Shown here: piece after piece, positions 48,284-57,449 of the stretch
How positions within the stretch are numbered: the first letter of the stretch is position 1
How the letters are laid out: the number at the start of each line of letters is the position of its first letter
Origin: Candidatus Gastranaerophilaceae bacterium
Lineage (GTDB): Bacteria; Cyanobacteriota; Vampirovibrionia; Gastranaerophilales; Gastranaerophilaceae
Direction: 5' to 3'
Length of the DNA stretch: 64,000 bases
Assembly: GCA_045652525.1 (NCBI GenBank)
Contig: JAZRUK010000043.1
Location: forward strand, 8,973-72,972
Program-made: the position numbers and the translations under genes
The notes under the pieces: generated by a model
Seen by the model: the letters and a program-made list of their open reading frames with translations, nothing else
What the model was told of the DNA's origin: nothing
Database searches by the model: none

Positions 48284-49012
48284 GTGAATGAGCTTAATTT
48301 AAAAATTTCAATATCACATTTATTTCCTAACTTGTTTAATGAAGAAACAGGTAATCTTTTGGTCTTTAAAAACCGTTGTGAATGGCGTGGTATTGAAGTT
48401 GAATTTAATAAAGTAAATTCTATTGAAGAATTTGATCAAAGCGAGATTTATTTTATTGGTAATGGCTCGGAGGCACAATTAAAGGAAGTTGCAAAAACTT
48501 TGGATAATTATAAATATAAATTGATTGCTGAACGAGATAATGGTGCGGTTTTTTTAGGAGTTGGGTTTGGATATAGCATATTTGGAAACTCAATAAAGCT
48601 GGATAGTTCAAATATTATCAACGGCTTGTCATTGTTAGATGTTTATTCTGAAAAGCTAGAAAAACGTTTTGTTGGTAATGTTACTGCAGAAAACGAGTTT
48701 CTGGAACAGAAAACTTTTGTAGGTTTTGAAAATCATAATATTGTTTCTTTCTTGCGAAATGAAACAACATCTTTGATGTCGGTTTCAGTAGGAAAGGGTA
48801 ATAACGGACAGGATAATACTGAAGGTGCTAGATTCAAAAATGTTTTCGGAACTAATTTGCATGGGCCAGTATTGGCTTTGAACCCGCATTTTGCTGATTA
48901 TTTAATTTCATTAGCGCTCGAAAAAAGATATGGTAAAAAGATAGAGTTGACTAAATTAGATGACGATTTTGAAATTAATGCACATAATTTTTCATTAAAT
49001 AAGAAATATTAA
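48284..49012 (+). CDS. GatD-like (CobB/CobQ-type) glutamine amidotransferase homolog that appears to lack the nucleophile Cys
   Basis: GFENH and GTNLHGP conserved; GVGFGY occupies the position of the I-C-G-G-Y nucleophile elbow; GTG start. Confidence 0.65.
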   Translation: MNELNLKISISHLFPNLFNEETGNLLVFKNRCEWRGIEVEFNKVNSIEEFDQSEIYFIGNGSEAQLKEVAKTLDNYKYKLIAERDNGAVFLGVGFGYSIFGNSIKLDSSNIINGLSLLDVYSEKLEKRFVGNVTAENEFLEQKTFVGFENHNIVSFLRNETTSLMSVSVGKGNNGQDNTEGARFKNVFGTNLHGPVLALNPHFADYLISLALEKRYGKKIELTKLDDDFEINAHNFSLNKKY

Positions 49013-49039
49013 AAAGACCTGATTTAATCAGGTCTTTTT
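49011..49039. terminator. Bidirectional terminator
   Basis: AAAAAGACCTGA-TTTAA-TCAGGTCTTTTT between convergent genes. Confidence 0.7.
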
Positions 49040-49041
49040 CT

Positions 49042-50778
49042 TTATTTGATGTTTTTTACGATTTCAATAATATCTTCTGTTGCTTTTTCTGGTGTTACCT
49101 TTGTTAGCTCACCTGTTTCTCGGACTTTATATTCAACAAGTCCTTCTGCGATTGTCTTACCTACAGTAATTCTGTAAGGGAAGCCAATCAAATCAGCATC
49201 TTTAAATTTAACACCAGGTCTTTCGTCTCTATCGTCAAGAACGGCTTCAACTCCAGCTGCTAACAAATCTTCGTAGATTTTTGTTGCAACGGTCATTTGA
49301 GTTTCGTCGTTTGTACTTACAGGTACTACAACAACGTGGTATGGTGCAATTTCAATTGGCCATTTGATTCCCCAATCGTCATAGTGTGCTTCAACTGCAG
49401 CAGCAGCTGTTCTTGTTACACCGATACCATAGCATCCCATTACGTATGGATGAGTTTTACCGTTTTCGTCTGTATAAACTGCGTTCATTGGTTTTGAGTA
49501 TTTTGTACCAAGTTTGAAGATGTTTCCTACTTCAATACCTTTTGTTACAAATAATGGCTTACCACATTGAGGACAAAAATCACCAGCTTCAACAAGTCTG
49601 ATGTCGGTGTATTTTAATTCAGCTAATCCTAAATCTTCAAGGTTTGCTCCAACCATGTGCTTGTCAGTTTGGTTTACGCCAACAACAAAGTTTTTAAGAT
49701 CTTTTACAGTTTCGTCAATTACAACAGGAAGTCCAGTCATACCCTTAGGGCCGATAAAACCAGGGACTGCATCAAATCCTTTTTCAGCCATAAGTTCAGC
49801 GATTTCAGGGCTTGTTGCTATTCTAATATCCATACCACCAACGGCATTCATTAATTTTGTTTCTTCAACTGTTTTATCAGCTCTGATTAACGCTAGAACA
49901 GGTTTTTTATCAACAATATAAACCAATGTTTTTAAAATTATTGTTGATGGAATATTTAAAAATTCGCAAAGCTCTTCAATTGTGTGAGTGTTAGGTGTAT
50001 CAATAATCTCAGCTTTTGCAAAATATTCTTTACCGTCAATTTTTGCTTCTGGTAATTTTGAAATTGCGTGGTTTGAATTTGCTGAATAATCACAATCATT
50101 ACAATAGAATACGTCGTTTTCACCTGCGTCTGTATCTGTAATTACCATGAATTCGTGTGATACAGAACCACCGATTGCACCTGAGTCTGATTGAACCATT
50201 TTGGTTTCTAAACCGCAACGTTCAAAAATTCTCTTATACGCTTGAGCCATATTTTGGTATTCTTTATCTAATCCAGCTTCATCAATATCAAAGCTATATG
50301 CGTCTTTCATAATGAATTCGCGACCACGTAATAAACCGTATCTTGGACGAACTTCATCTCTAAATTTTGATTGAATTTGATATAAGTTAACAGGTAGTTG
50401 TTTATATGATTTTAGACCATCACGAGCGATTGCTGTAATAACTTCTTCGTGAGTTGGTCCAAGACACATAATTCTATCGTGTCTATCTTTTAAACGCATA
50501 AGTTCTTTGCCATACGCTTCCCATCTGCCTGATTCTTCCCAAAGTTCTTTAGGTTGAACAAATGGCATCAAAAGTTCTTGAGCTCCTGCAGCGTCCATTT
50601 CTTCTCTGATAATAGTTTCAACTTTTTTCAAAACTCTCCACATTAAAGGTAAAAAGTTATAAACACCAGATGTTAATTTTCTGATATAACCTGCACGTGC
50701 AAGCATTTTGTGAGATATAACTTCAGCATCTGAAGGAAATTCTCTTAAAGTTTGCACAAATAATTTTGACATTTTCAT
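49042..50778 (-). CDS. proS: Prolyl-tRNA synthetase (bacterial type with editing INS domain)
   Basis: Class II motifs (FRDEVRPRYGLLRGREF); 578 aa. Confidence 0.96.
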   Translation of the reverse strand: MKMSKLFVQTLREFPSDAEVISHKMLARAGYIRKLTSGVYNFLPLMWRVLKKVETIIREEMDAAGAQELLMPFVQPKELWEESGRWEAYGKELMRLKDRHDRIMCLGPTHEEVITAIARDGLKSYKQLPVNLYQIQSKFRDEVRPRYGLLRGREFIMKDAYSFDIDEAGLDKEYQNMAQAYKRIFERCGLETKMVQSDSGAIGGSVSHEFMVITDTDAGENDVFYCNDCDYSANSNHAISKLPEAKIDGKEYFAKAEIIDTPNTHTIEELCEFLNIPSTIILKTLVYIVDKKPVLALIRADKTVEETKLMNAVGGMDIRIATSPEIAELMAEKGFDAVPGFIGPKGMTGLPVVIDETVKDLKNFVVGVNQTDKHMVGANLEDLGLAELKYTDIRLVEAGDFCPQCGKPLFVTKGIEVGNIFKLGTKYSKPMNAVYTDENGKTHPYVMGCYGIGVTRTAAAAVEAHYDDWGIKWPIEIAPYHVVVVPVSTNDETQMTVATKIYEDLLAAGVEAVLDDRDERPGVKFKDADLIGFPYRITVGKTIAEGLVEYKVRETGELTKVTPEKATEDIIEIVKNIK

Positions 50779-50834
50779 AATAAATCTTCCTCTTATCTAT
50801 ATTTCGTAATCTAATTTTACCATGCTAAAAATTA

Positions 50835-51761
50835 TTATGCTAAATATTTATCAATTTCAGCCTTAATAATTTTAGGTGCAATAGATAAGGTGTCGTTATT
50901 TTCTAATGCTTTTTGTAGGTAATTTGTGTAAGCAGTTATATCATTAAGTTTTTTCTTAATTTGAGCATAAATGTAAAACAGATCTCCATTGCCACCACAA
51001 TTTTTTAACGCCATTTTTATCAAGTCGTTTGCGCTAGCGAGTTCACCATTTTTAGCAAGAATTTTTACGTAGACTTTATATGTATCAACATCTTTAGGAT
51101 TTAATTCAAGAGTTTTTTCTAATTTTTGTATTGCATCTTCAACTCGTCCTTCTTCGTAATCAATGACGGCTAAGTTATAATATGCCCAACTGTAATCTGG
51201 TGAAATGTCGAGAACTTTTAGAAATTCTTGTGTCGCAGATTCATTATCGCCAAATTCTTTAAAAATGTTCCCCATATAAAAGTGTGCATATATGTCGTCG
51301 TCATTCAATTCTACGGTTCGGACAAAATTATCCATTGCTTCTATTAAATCACCTTTTTTAAAGTAAGCAATAGCAATATTGAAGTAGGAATTAGAATCAT
51401 CCTCATCTGTTTCTAAGACTCTTGTAAAACAATCAATAGCTTTGTTGTATTCTTTTAATTCAATGTAAACTAAGCCTAAGTTGTATACTGCATCAACTTC
51501 GTCAGGTGAATATTCAATTGCTTTTAGGTAGACGTCTCTTGCTTTTTCGAATTTTTTTAATTTTTCGTAAACAATACCAAGATTATAAAAGATACCACTA
51601 TCTTCTTGAAAAATTTGTGATAGATATAAAAAATGTTGCAAAGCTTCTTCAGCATAGCCTGTGTCTAATAAAAGCACAGCCAACTGACGTCTCACTTGGA
51701 AATTTGAGGCATCTTCTCTTAATATATTTTGAAATTCTTCGATTTTAGCGAGTTTTGACAT
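50835..51761 (-). CDS. TPR-repeat protein (308 aa)
   Basis: Multiple 34-aa repeats with the A..Y/F..A...P pattern. Confidence 0.8.
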   Translation of the reverse strand: MSKLAKIEEFQNILREDASNFQVRRQLAVLLLDTGYAEEALQHFLYLSQIFQEDSGIFYNLGIVYEKLKKFEKARDVYLKAIEYSPDEVDAVYNLGLVYIELKEYNKAIDCFTRVLETDEDDSNSYFNIAIAYFKKGDLIEAMDNFVRTVELNDDDIYAHFYMGNIFKEFGDNESATQEFLKVLDISPDYSWAYYNLAVIDYEEGRVEDAIQKLEKTLELNPKDVDTYKVYVKILAKNGELASANDLIKMALKNCGGNGDLFYIYAQIKKKLNDITAYTNYLQKALENNDTLSIAPKIIKAEIDKYLA

Positions 51762-51763
51762 AG

Positions 51764-52450
51764 TTATATAACCGGAACATCAATTGGATCGATTAGAATT
51801 ACTTGTAATTCTTCACCTTTTTCCAAATAAACGTCTTTACCTTTTCTTATCATATCTGCAATACTGTCATATACAAAAAATCCAGCAGTTCCAATTGCGC
51901 CGCCGATAGCACCAGCCGGAACTGATAAATATTTAAGGTTCCCATTCCAATAGTTTGCGCCGATTTCTTTACCCCAATCTACAGATTTTTTTGTTATATC
52001 TGCAGATTTTTCACAAGTTGTTTTAAATGCATCGGAATATCCTCTTGTTGTTGTGATTCCGCCGTCATAAGTTAAATCTGTTCTGCCGATTATATTTAAT
52101 GAAAGCGGTAATTGTCTTCCGTTTGGAGTAACTATATGGTCAAAATCCATATAAAGAATTGCACCTGTAGACATTCTTTTTGCTGGTGTTATTTTGCTGA
52201 TATTACCTCTAACAACAGTTCCCATTGGCAAAATAACATCGCTGTCAGCTGTTTGGTCTGTTAGTAACATTGCTGTGAAATCTGTCCCTTCTAAGTTTGC
52301 ACTTGTTGTTACTGGTGACAAAAGTTGCATTGTTAATTTTGTGCCAGCTGGTATTCTTTTTGTTTTAGCATTCGCGCTGAATGGTCCAGCAAAAGTAATT
52401 TGTGCTGTTGTTATTATTGCAATTAATAAAGCTAAGATTCTAATTTTCAT
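51764..52450 (-). CDS. Secreted protein with a TrbI/VirB10-like beta domain (tentative)
   Basis: Signal peptide; RIPAGTKLTMQLLSPV...VILPMGTVVRGNISKI...; similar to the C-terminus of the SLH protein at 23702-24847. Confidence 0.45.
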   Translation of the reverse strand: MKIRILALLIAIITTAQITFAGPFSANAKTKRIPAGTKLTMQLLSPVTTSANLEGTDFTAMLLTDQTADSDVILPMGTVVRGNISKITPAKRMSTGAILYMDFDHIVTPNGRQLPLSLNIIGRTDLTYDGGITTTRGYSDAFKTTCEKSADITKKSVDWGKEIGANYWNGNLKYLSVPAGAIGGAIGTAGFFVYDSIADMIRKGKDVYLEKGEELQVILIDPIDVPVI

Positions 52451-52461
52451 ATAAATACTCC

Positions 52462-54240
52462 TTAGTTAACTTGGTTCCTTCCGTTATTTTTTGATAGGTA
52501 TAGTCTTTGATCTGCTGCATCTATTATTTCTGATGGTGTTGCTCCATCATCTGGGAATGTTGCAACGCCCAAGCTTATTGTAACATTACTTTCGTCATGG
52601 TTATTTAATTTAAAACGCTTTGAAGCAACTCGTTGACATATTTTTTCAGCAGTTAGTATTGACATATCTTTAGGTGTATTTGGCAAAATTATGCTCATTT
52701 CTTCTCCTCCATACCTACAGACAATATCTGTAGCACGCACACTTGTTTTTAAAAGATGTGCTACTTGTTTTAAAACGGCATCTCCAGCTTGGTGTCCGTA
52801 TGTGTCATTAAACTTTTTGAAAAAGTCTATGTCAATAATGATTAATGAAAATGGAGCTTCGTAACGTTTTGACTGTTCAACTTGCATCCTCATTTGTTCT
52901 TGGAAGTATCTGTGGTTATATAATTCTGTTAAACCGTCAGTTGTTGCAAGTAAATATTGTTGTTCAAAATCTCTAGATTTGATAATATATTTAACTACAA
53001 ATGCAGATATAAAGATTATTATTCCAAGCATTAAAGGATAGACAAGATCGAACCACAAATTATAATACTTCATTGCAAAATAAGTTAAAGCTATGTAAAT
53101 TGAATACATCGAAACAAAAGATAATGTAATAATTGATGTAGATGTTAGGTTGATAACTATGTAACCAGTAATAATCGCCATCAATATACCTAAAATAATT
53201 GTAACGCCTTTGTTGACTTTGGTTATAAAGTTATCATCTAATAAATTATTTACGTATGTAGCTTGAATTTCAACTCCAGGATATATTTTCCCGACAGGTA
53301 CTGTTTTTATATCAAATAAGCTTGATGCTGTTGTACCAAAATAAATAATTTTATTTTGGAAATTGTAGGAATCTTTAGTGCCAGATTCTACAGCTTTAAG
53401 TAATCTATACATTGGTATTTGTAGGTATGTGCCAGTCGGTCCATACCAGTTTAATATTGCGCTACCGTCTTTATCAACGAAAATTTTTCTATTTTTTAAA
53501 TGTATGTTTGAGTTTTTGTCAATAATAAATTCATTTTGCGTATAGCCTTCTTTATTTTTAATCAAGCCCAATCCTAATTTAAAGGCTAATTGAGGATAAA
53601 ACTTGTCCTGATATTTTACAAATAATGGCATTTTTCTAATTATACCGTCATCTGCTCTTGATACGTTAATCATACCTACATTAGGCGTTGCCGAAATGAT
53701 TTCAGGTAAAATTGCTCTGCAGTTTTGAAATGACAAAGAATCAAAATCAACATTTCTTGAATTATTAATTACATTGGTGCTTAGTCTGTCAGGTAGTTCA
53801 ATTGGAATACGAAGTTCAACAGACTGATTATCCATATTCATTGCAGTATATATGTTATCGTATTTTTTAAATGCTGCCGCAAGCGTAGCGTCAGCATCGT
53901 TGCTACTTTTAATTGATTTAACAAACATTAAGTCAAATGCTATACTTTGTGGTTTTTGCGCTTCAAGATAGTCGATAATTTTGGCATACATATCTCTAGG
54001 TAGTGGCCATTCGCCATATTTTTCTAATATGTATTCATAGGTCGCATCATCAATCGCTACAATGACAATATCTTTGTTTGCTTTTTTGTGTCCAGATTTG
54101 ATAATCATGTTTTGTCGCAAATCAAAGGTTTTGTTTTCAATTGTGTCAAGAATCCCACTAGAATGCGTGCTCTTTGCAGTAGATATCGCAAAAATTGCAA
54201 ACACAACTATCCATAAACTATATAAAATTTTCTTTAACAT
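52462..54240 (-). CDS. CHASE2 sensor domain plus GGDEF diguanylate cyclase
   Basis: N-terminal TM, periplasmic CHASE2-like region, three TM segments; GGDEF domain with RATD I-site and a GGEEM active-site variant. Confidence 0.85.
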   Translation of the reverse strand: MLKKILYSLWIVVFAIFAISTAKSTHSSGILDTIENKTFDLRQNMIIKSGHKKANKDIVIVAIDDATYEYILEKYGEWPLPRDMYAKIIDYLEAQKPQSIAFDLMFVKSIKSSNDADATLAAAFKKYDNIYTAMNMDNQSVELRIPIELPDRLSTNVINNSRNVDFDSLSFQNCRAILPEIISATPNVGMINVSRADDGIIRKMPLFVKYQDKFYPQLAFKLGLGLIKNKEGYTQNEFIIDKNSNIHLKNRKIFVDKDGSAILNWYGPTGTYLQIPMYRLLKAVESGTKDSYNFQNKIIYFGTTASSLFDIKTVPVGKIYPGVEIQATYVNNLLDDNFITKVNKGVTIILGILMAIITGYIVINLTSTSIITLSFVSMYSIYIALTYFAMKYYNLWFDLVYPLMLGIIIFISAFVVKYIIKSRDFEQQYLLATTDGLTELYNHRYFQEQMRMQVEQSKRYEAPFSLIIIDIDFFKKFNDTYGHQAGDAVLKQVAHLLKTSVRATDIVCRYGGEEMSIILPNTPKDMSILTAEKICQRVASKRFKLNNHDESNVTISLGVATFPDDGATPSEIIDAADQRLYLSKNNGRNQVN

Positions 54241-54251
54241 ATTAAAGTTCC

Positions 54252-54419
54252 CTAATCTATTCTATCAGTATAGCTGATTGTGAAAGATTTGGCAACAAAA
54301 TTTTTCATTATAAATTGTTTTTCAAGTATATAGTTATTTAATTTTAGTATCTCTGTAGAATAAGATAATTCGTCAGGGCTTTTTAGATATCTTAATAAAC
54401 ATTCTTCGTGCAGATTCAT
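54252..54419 (-). CDS. Possible 55-aa ORF upstream of the CHASE2-GGDEF gene
   Basis: AGGAAA 6 nt before the ATG; stop lies 11 nt before the cyclase ATG; below the ORF-track cutoff. Confidence 0.28.
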   Translation of the reverse strand: MNLHEECLLRYLKSPDELSYSTEILKLNNYILEKQFIMKNFVAKSFTISYTDRID

Positions 54420-54551
54420 CGAGTATTTCCTATTAAAACGGGTTACTCGTATATTATTTCAAATTGGCATGAAAATTACATCAACCTTTTATATAATACT
54501 GTCATGTTTTCCTCATGCAAATGCATGATTTTTAAGAAAAATTAAGGGGGC

Positions 54552-54580
54552 TTGCGTTTTTATATTTAGTGTTATACAAT
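54552..54580 (+). promoter_or_regulatory. Putative rpmE promoter
   Basis: TTGCGT (54552-54557), 17-nt spacer, TACAAT (54575-54580). Confidence 0.4.
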
Positions 54581-54636
54581 TGTTATAGTCGAAATATTCA
54601 AGTTTGGAATCTTGATGAAAAGAAATGAGGTAGAAA

Positions 54637-54840
54637 ATGAAAGACGGAATACATCCAGATTATAAGAAAATGTCAATCAAATGTGTTTGCGGTAACGAAA
54701 TCGAAACAGGATCAGTAGCAGATAGCATTACTGTTGAAATTTGCAACAAATGCCACCCATTCTATACTGGTCAACAAAAAATCCTTGACTCTGAAGGTAG
54801 AGTTGAAAGATTTAACAAACGTTACGGTAAAAAAGCGTAA
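54637..54840 (+). CDS. rpmE: 50S ribosomal protein L31 (zinc-binding C+ form)
   Basis: MKDGIHPDY; CVCG...[10 protein letters not shown]. Confidence 0.95.
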   Translation: MKDGIHPDYKKMSIKCVCGNEIETGSVADSITVEICNKCHPFYTGQQKILDSEGRVERFNKRYGKKA

Positions 54841-54868
54841 GCAGTTTGAATTGTTATCAAAAATTTAC

Positions 54869-54906
54869 ATTGTAGCTTATTTGTTAAAAGTAGGCTACAA
54901 TTTTTT
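54869..54906 (+). terminator. Terminator after rpmE
   Basis: ATTGTAGC...GCTACAAT stem with a 13-nt loop, followed by T6. Confidence 0.5.
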
Positions 54907-54927
54907 ATGATTAGAGGAGTATGAGTG

Positions 54928-55632
54928 ATGAGTGAAAATAATAAACCAGTTGTTAATTTAATTTCAAAGCCGCAAAATATGTTAAAGACTGTTTATACGG
55001 CGTGTAGAACTTGTTATAGCGCGGATTATCCAATAAATATTTATAACAGTACTGATGACGAAGAAAAAATGCTGAAGCTTATTGAAAGAGTTATTTCTTC
55101 AGGACATTATTCAACAATTGAGCATATTCAGATAAGTTTTGCGATATCAAATGTTTCTCGTGCTTGTACACATCAACTTGTAAGACACAGACACATGTCT
55201 TTTTCGCAAAAATCTCAAAGATATGTTAAAGAAAAAGGTCAATTCGATTATATTATTCCGCCAACTATTGAAAAAGATGAAGTTCTAAAGGCTAAATTTG
55301 TTGATTTTATGGATAAAATTTCTGCACAGTATCAAGAATTTGTTGAAGCTGGTATTCCGGCAGAAGATGCTAGATTTGTACTGCCTAATGCTGCAGCAAG
55401 TTCGCTTGTAACAAGTTTAAATTTGAGAGAGATGATTCACTTAGCAAACCTAAGACTTTGCATAAGAGCTCAATACGAAATTAGAACAATGGTTAAGATG
55501 ATGTGTGATGCTCTTGTTGCTGAAGAACCTTGGTTAAAACCATATTTAGTGCCAAAGTGTGAACGTCTTGGTTTCTGTGATGAGGACAAATCTTGTGGCA
55601 GAAAGAAAACTAGAGAACAATTGGGATTTTAA
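54928..55632 (+). CDS. thyX: FAD-dependent thymidylate synthase ThyX
   Basis: RHRHMSFSQKSQRY (RHRxxSxxxxSxR); the track start GTG 54925 is one codon upstream, and ATG 54928 is better spaced from AGAGGAG. Confidence 0.92.
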   Translation: MSENNKPVVNLISKPQNMLKTVYTACRTCYSADYPINIYNSTDDEEKMLKLIERVISSGHYSTIEHIQISFAISNVSRACTHQLVRHRHMSFSQKSQRYVKEKGQFDYIIPPTIEKDEVLKAKFVDFMDKISAQYQEFVEAGIPAEDARFVLPNAAASSLVTSLNLREMIHLANLRLCIRAQYEIRTMVKMMCDALVAEEPWLKPYLVPKCERLGFCDEDKSCGRKKTREQLGF

Positions 55633-55652
55633 TTTAATTATTTAATACAAAT

Positions 55653-55676
55653 GGGGCTCAGTTGAGCCTCTTTTTG
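55653..55676 (+). terminator. Terminator after thyX
   Basis: GGGGCTC-AGTT-GAGCCTC followed by T5. Confidence 0.6.
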
Positions 55677-55709
55677 TTTGTTGTATAATTGTCTTAAGAG
55701 AGGACAGAT

Positions 55710-57449
55710 ATGATTAAAGATTATTTTTTAAACAAGGTTGAAAATGCTATAGAAGAAGCTATAAAAGCTAATAAATTAGGTCAAATGACAGAATATGAAC
55801 GTGGAACGTTGGTTGTTGAGCGTCCTAAAAATGCTGATTTTGGAGATTATGCCGTAAACGTTTCAATGTTGGCGCGTAATGCTAAGATTGCGCCACCTAT
55901 GATTGCAAATGCAATTGTTGAATTTATTGAAAAAGAAGATAATGAACACTCTGTTATTGCCGGATTTATTAATTTCAAAGTTGGTGAAACTTTATTGGTT
56001 AATTTGGTTGACGAAATTTTTGCTAAAAAAGCATTGTTTGGTAAACCTGAAAAAATTGAAAAAGAAAAAATAATCTTGGAATATATTTCGGCTAATCCTA
56101 CCGGTCCGTTTCACATTGGTCACGGTCGTTGGGCTGCTATGGGTAGTGTTTTGGCAAATCTTTTAAAATTCTATGGCCACGAAGTTTATCAAGAATTTTA
56201 TATCAATGATGCTGGTTCTCAAATTCAAAAGTTGGGTAATTCTTTAGCTATCAGAATTCGTCAGGAATTAGGTGAAGATGTTGATTTCCCAACTGATGAG
56301 ATAGAACGCAAAAACTTTTATCCAGGGGATTATTTAATTCCTGTTGCGAAAAAGTTTGTTGCACTTAACGAACAATTGTTAAAACAAGTTGAAAATGATG
56401 TTTCAAAAATTGAGTTATCTTATCTTTGTGATTTTGCAAAACTTGAAATGGAAGCTTTGCAGATGGCATTGTTAGATAATTTTAGAGTGCATTTTGACAA
56501 ATTTTATTCTGAGTTGACTTTACACGAATCAGGCAAAGTCGATGAATCTGTTAACAAATTAAAAGCAAGCGGTAAAATCTACCAAAAAGATGGGGCTGAT
56601 TGGTTTAAATCTTCTGATTTTGGTGATGATCAAGACCGAGTTATTAAAAAAGCTGATGGTTCAAATACATATTTAACAGCAGATATTGCATACCATATTG
56701 ATAAATTAGAACGCGGTTTTGATAGAATGATTAACATTTGGGGTGCTGACCACCACGGTTATGTTGCTCGTGTAAAAGCATCAATTGAGGCTTTAGGTTA
56801 TGATCCAAATAAATTAGAAGTTCTATTAGGCCAACTCGTTAACCTTGTGATTGACGGTAATGAAGTTCGTATGGGTAAACGTAAAAATATGGTTACTCTA
56901 GAAGATTTAATTGATGAAGTTGGTGTTGATGCGACTCGTTTTTGGATGTCGATGAGAAATATTGATACAACTTTGGATTTTGACATTGAACTTGCAAAAA
57001 CAAATAGTGATGAAAACCCTGTATTCTATGTTCAATATGCTCATGCCAGAGCTTGTTCAATTATCAGAAATGTAATTAATGAAAAAATTAATTCTGAAAC
57101 AGGTGAAAAAACTCCGGCAATTCTTTCAGAAAATGAATTTAAAGAGTTGACTGATAACTTTAATAAAGCTCTATTGAATGGAAATATTCAAGATGGTAGA
57201 AAGCTTGTCTTGAAACTTGAAGAGTATAAGTCAATGATTGAAAATTCAGCAAAAACAAGACAAGTTTATACAATTTGTCGTTATGTACAAGAATTGGCTA
57301 GTGAATTCCATTCATTTTATAACGCTGTACGCGTAATATCTGATAATAAAGAACTTACAAAAGCACGCTTAGCTCTTGTATATGCTGTAAAAACAGTTCT
57401 TAACAATGCTCTTGATTTGTTGGCTGTTAGTGCACCTGAACGTATGTAG
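55710..57449 (+). CDS. argS: Arginyl-tRNA synthetase
   Basis: ANPTGPFHIGHGR (HIGH); C-terminal anticodon-binding domain ending ...PERM. Confidence 0.96.
   Translation: MIKDYFLNKVENAIEEAIKANKLGQMTEYERGTLVVERPKNADFGDYAVNVSMLARNAKIAPPMIANAIVEFIEKEDNEHSVIAGFINFKVGETLLVNLVDEIFAKKALFGKPEKIEKEKIILEYISANPTGPFHIGHGRWAAMGSVLANLLKFYGHEVYQEFYINDAGSQIQKLGNSLAIRIRQELGEDVDFPTDEIERKNFYPGDYLIPVAKKFVALNEQLLKQVENDVSKIELSYLCDFAKLEMEALQMALLDNFRVHFDKFYSELTLHESGKVDESVNKLKASGKIYQKDGADWFKSSDFGDDQDRVIKKADGSNTYLTADIAYHIDKLERGFDRMINIWGADHHGYVARVKASIEALGYDPNKLEVLLGQLVNLVIDGNEVRMGKRKNMVTLEDLIDEVGVDATRFWMSMRNIDTTLDFDIELAKTNSDENPVFYVQYAHARACSIIRNVINEKINSETGEKTPAILSENEFKELTDNFNKALLNGNIQDGRKLVLKLEEYKSMIENSAKTRQVYTICRYVQELASEFHSFYNAVRVISDNKELTKARLALVYAVKTVLNNALDLLAVSAPERM

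Noticed and set aside
54420-54636. Zur box or riboswitch in the long rpmE leader region
   Set aside because: The encoded L31 is the Cys-containing zinc form, which is not the usual Zur target. I found no Zur-box-like AT-rich inverted repeat and no conserved riboswitch core, only the short palindrome reported above.
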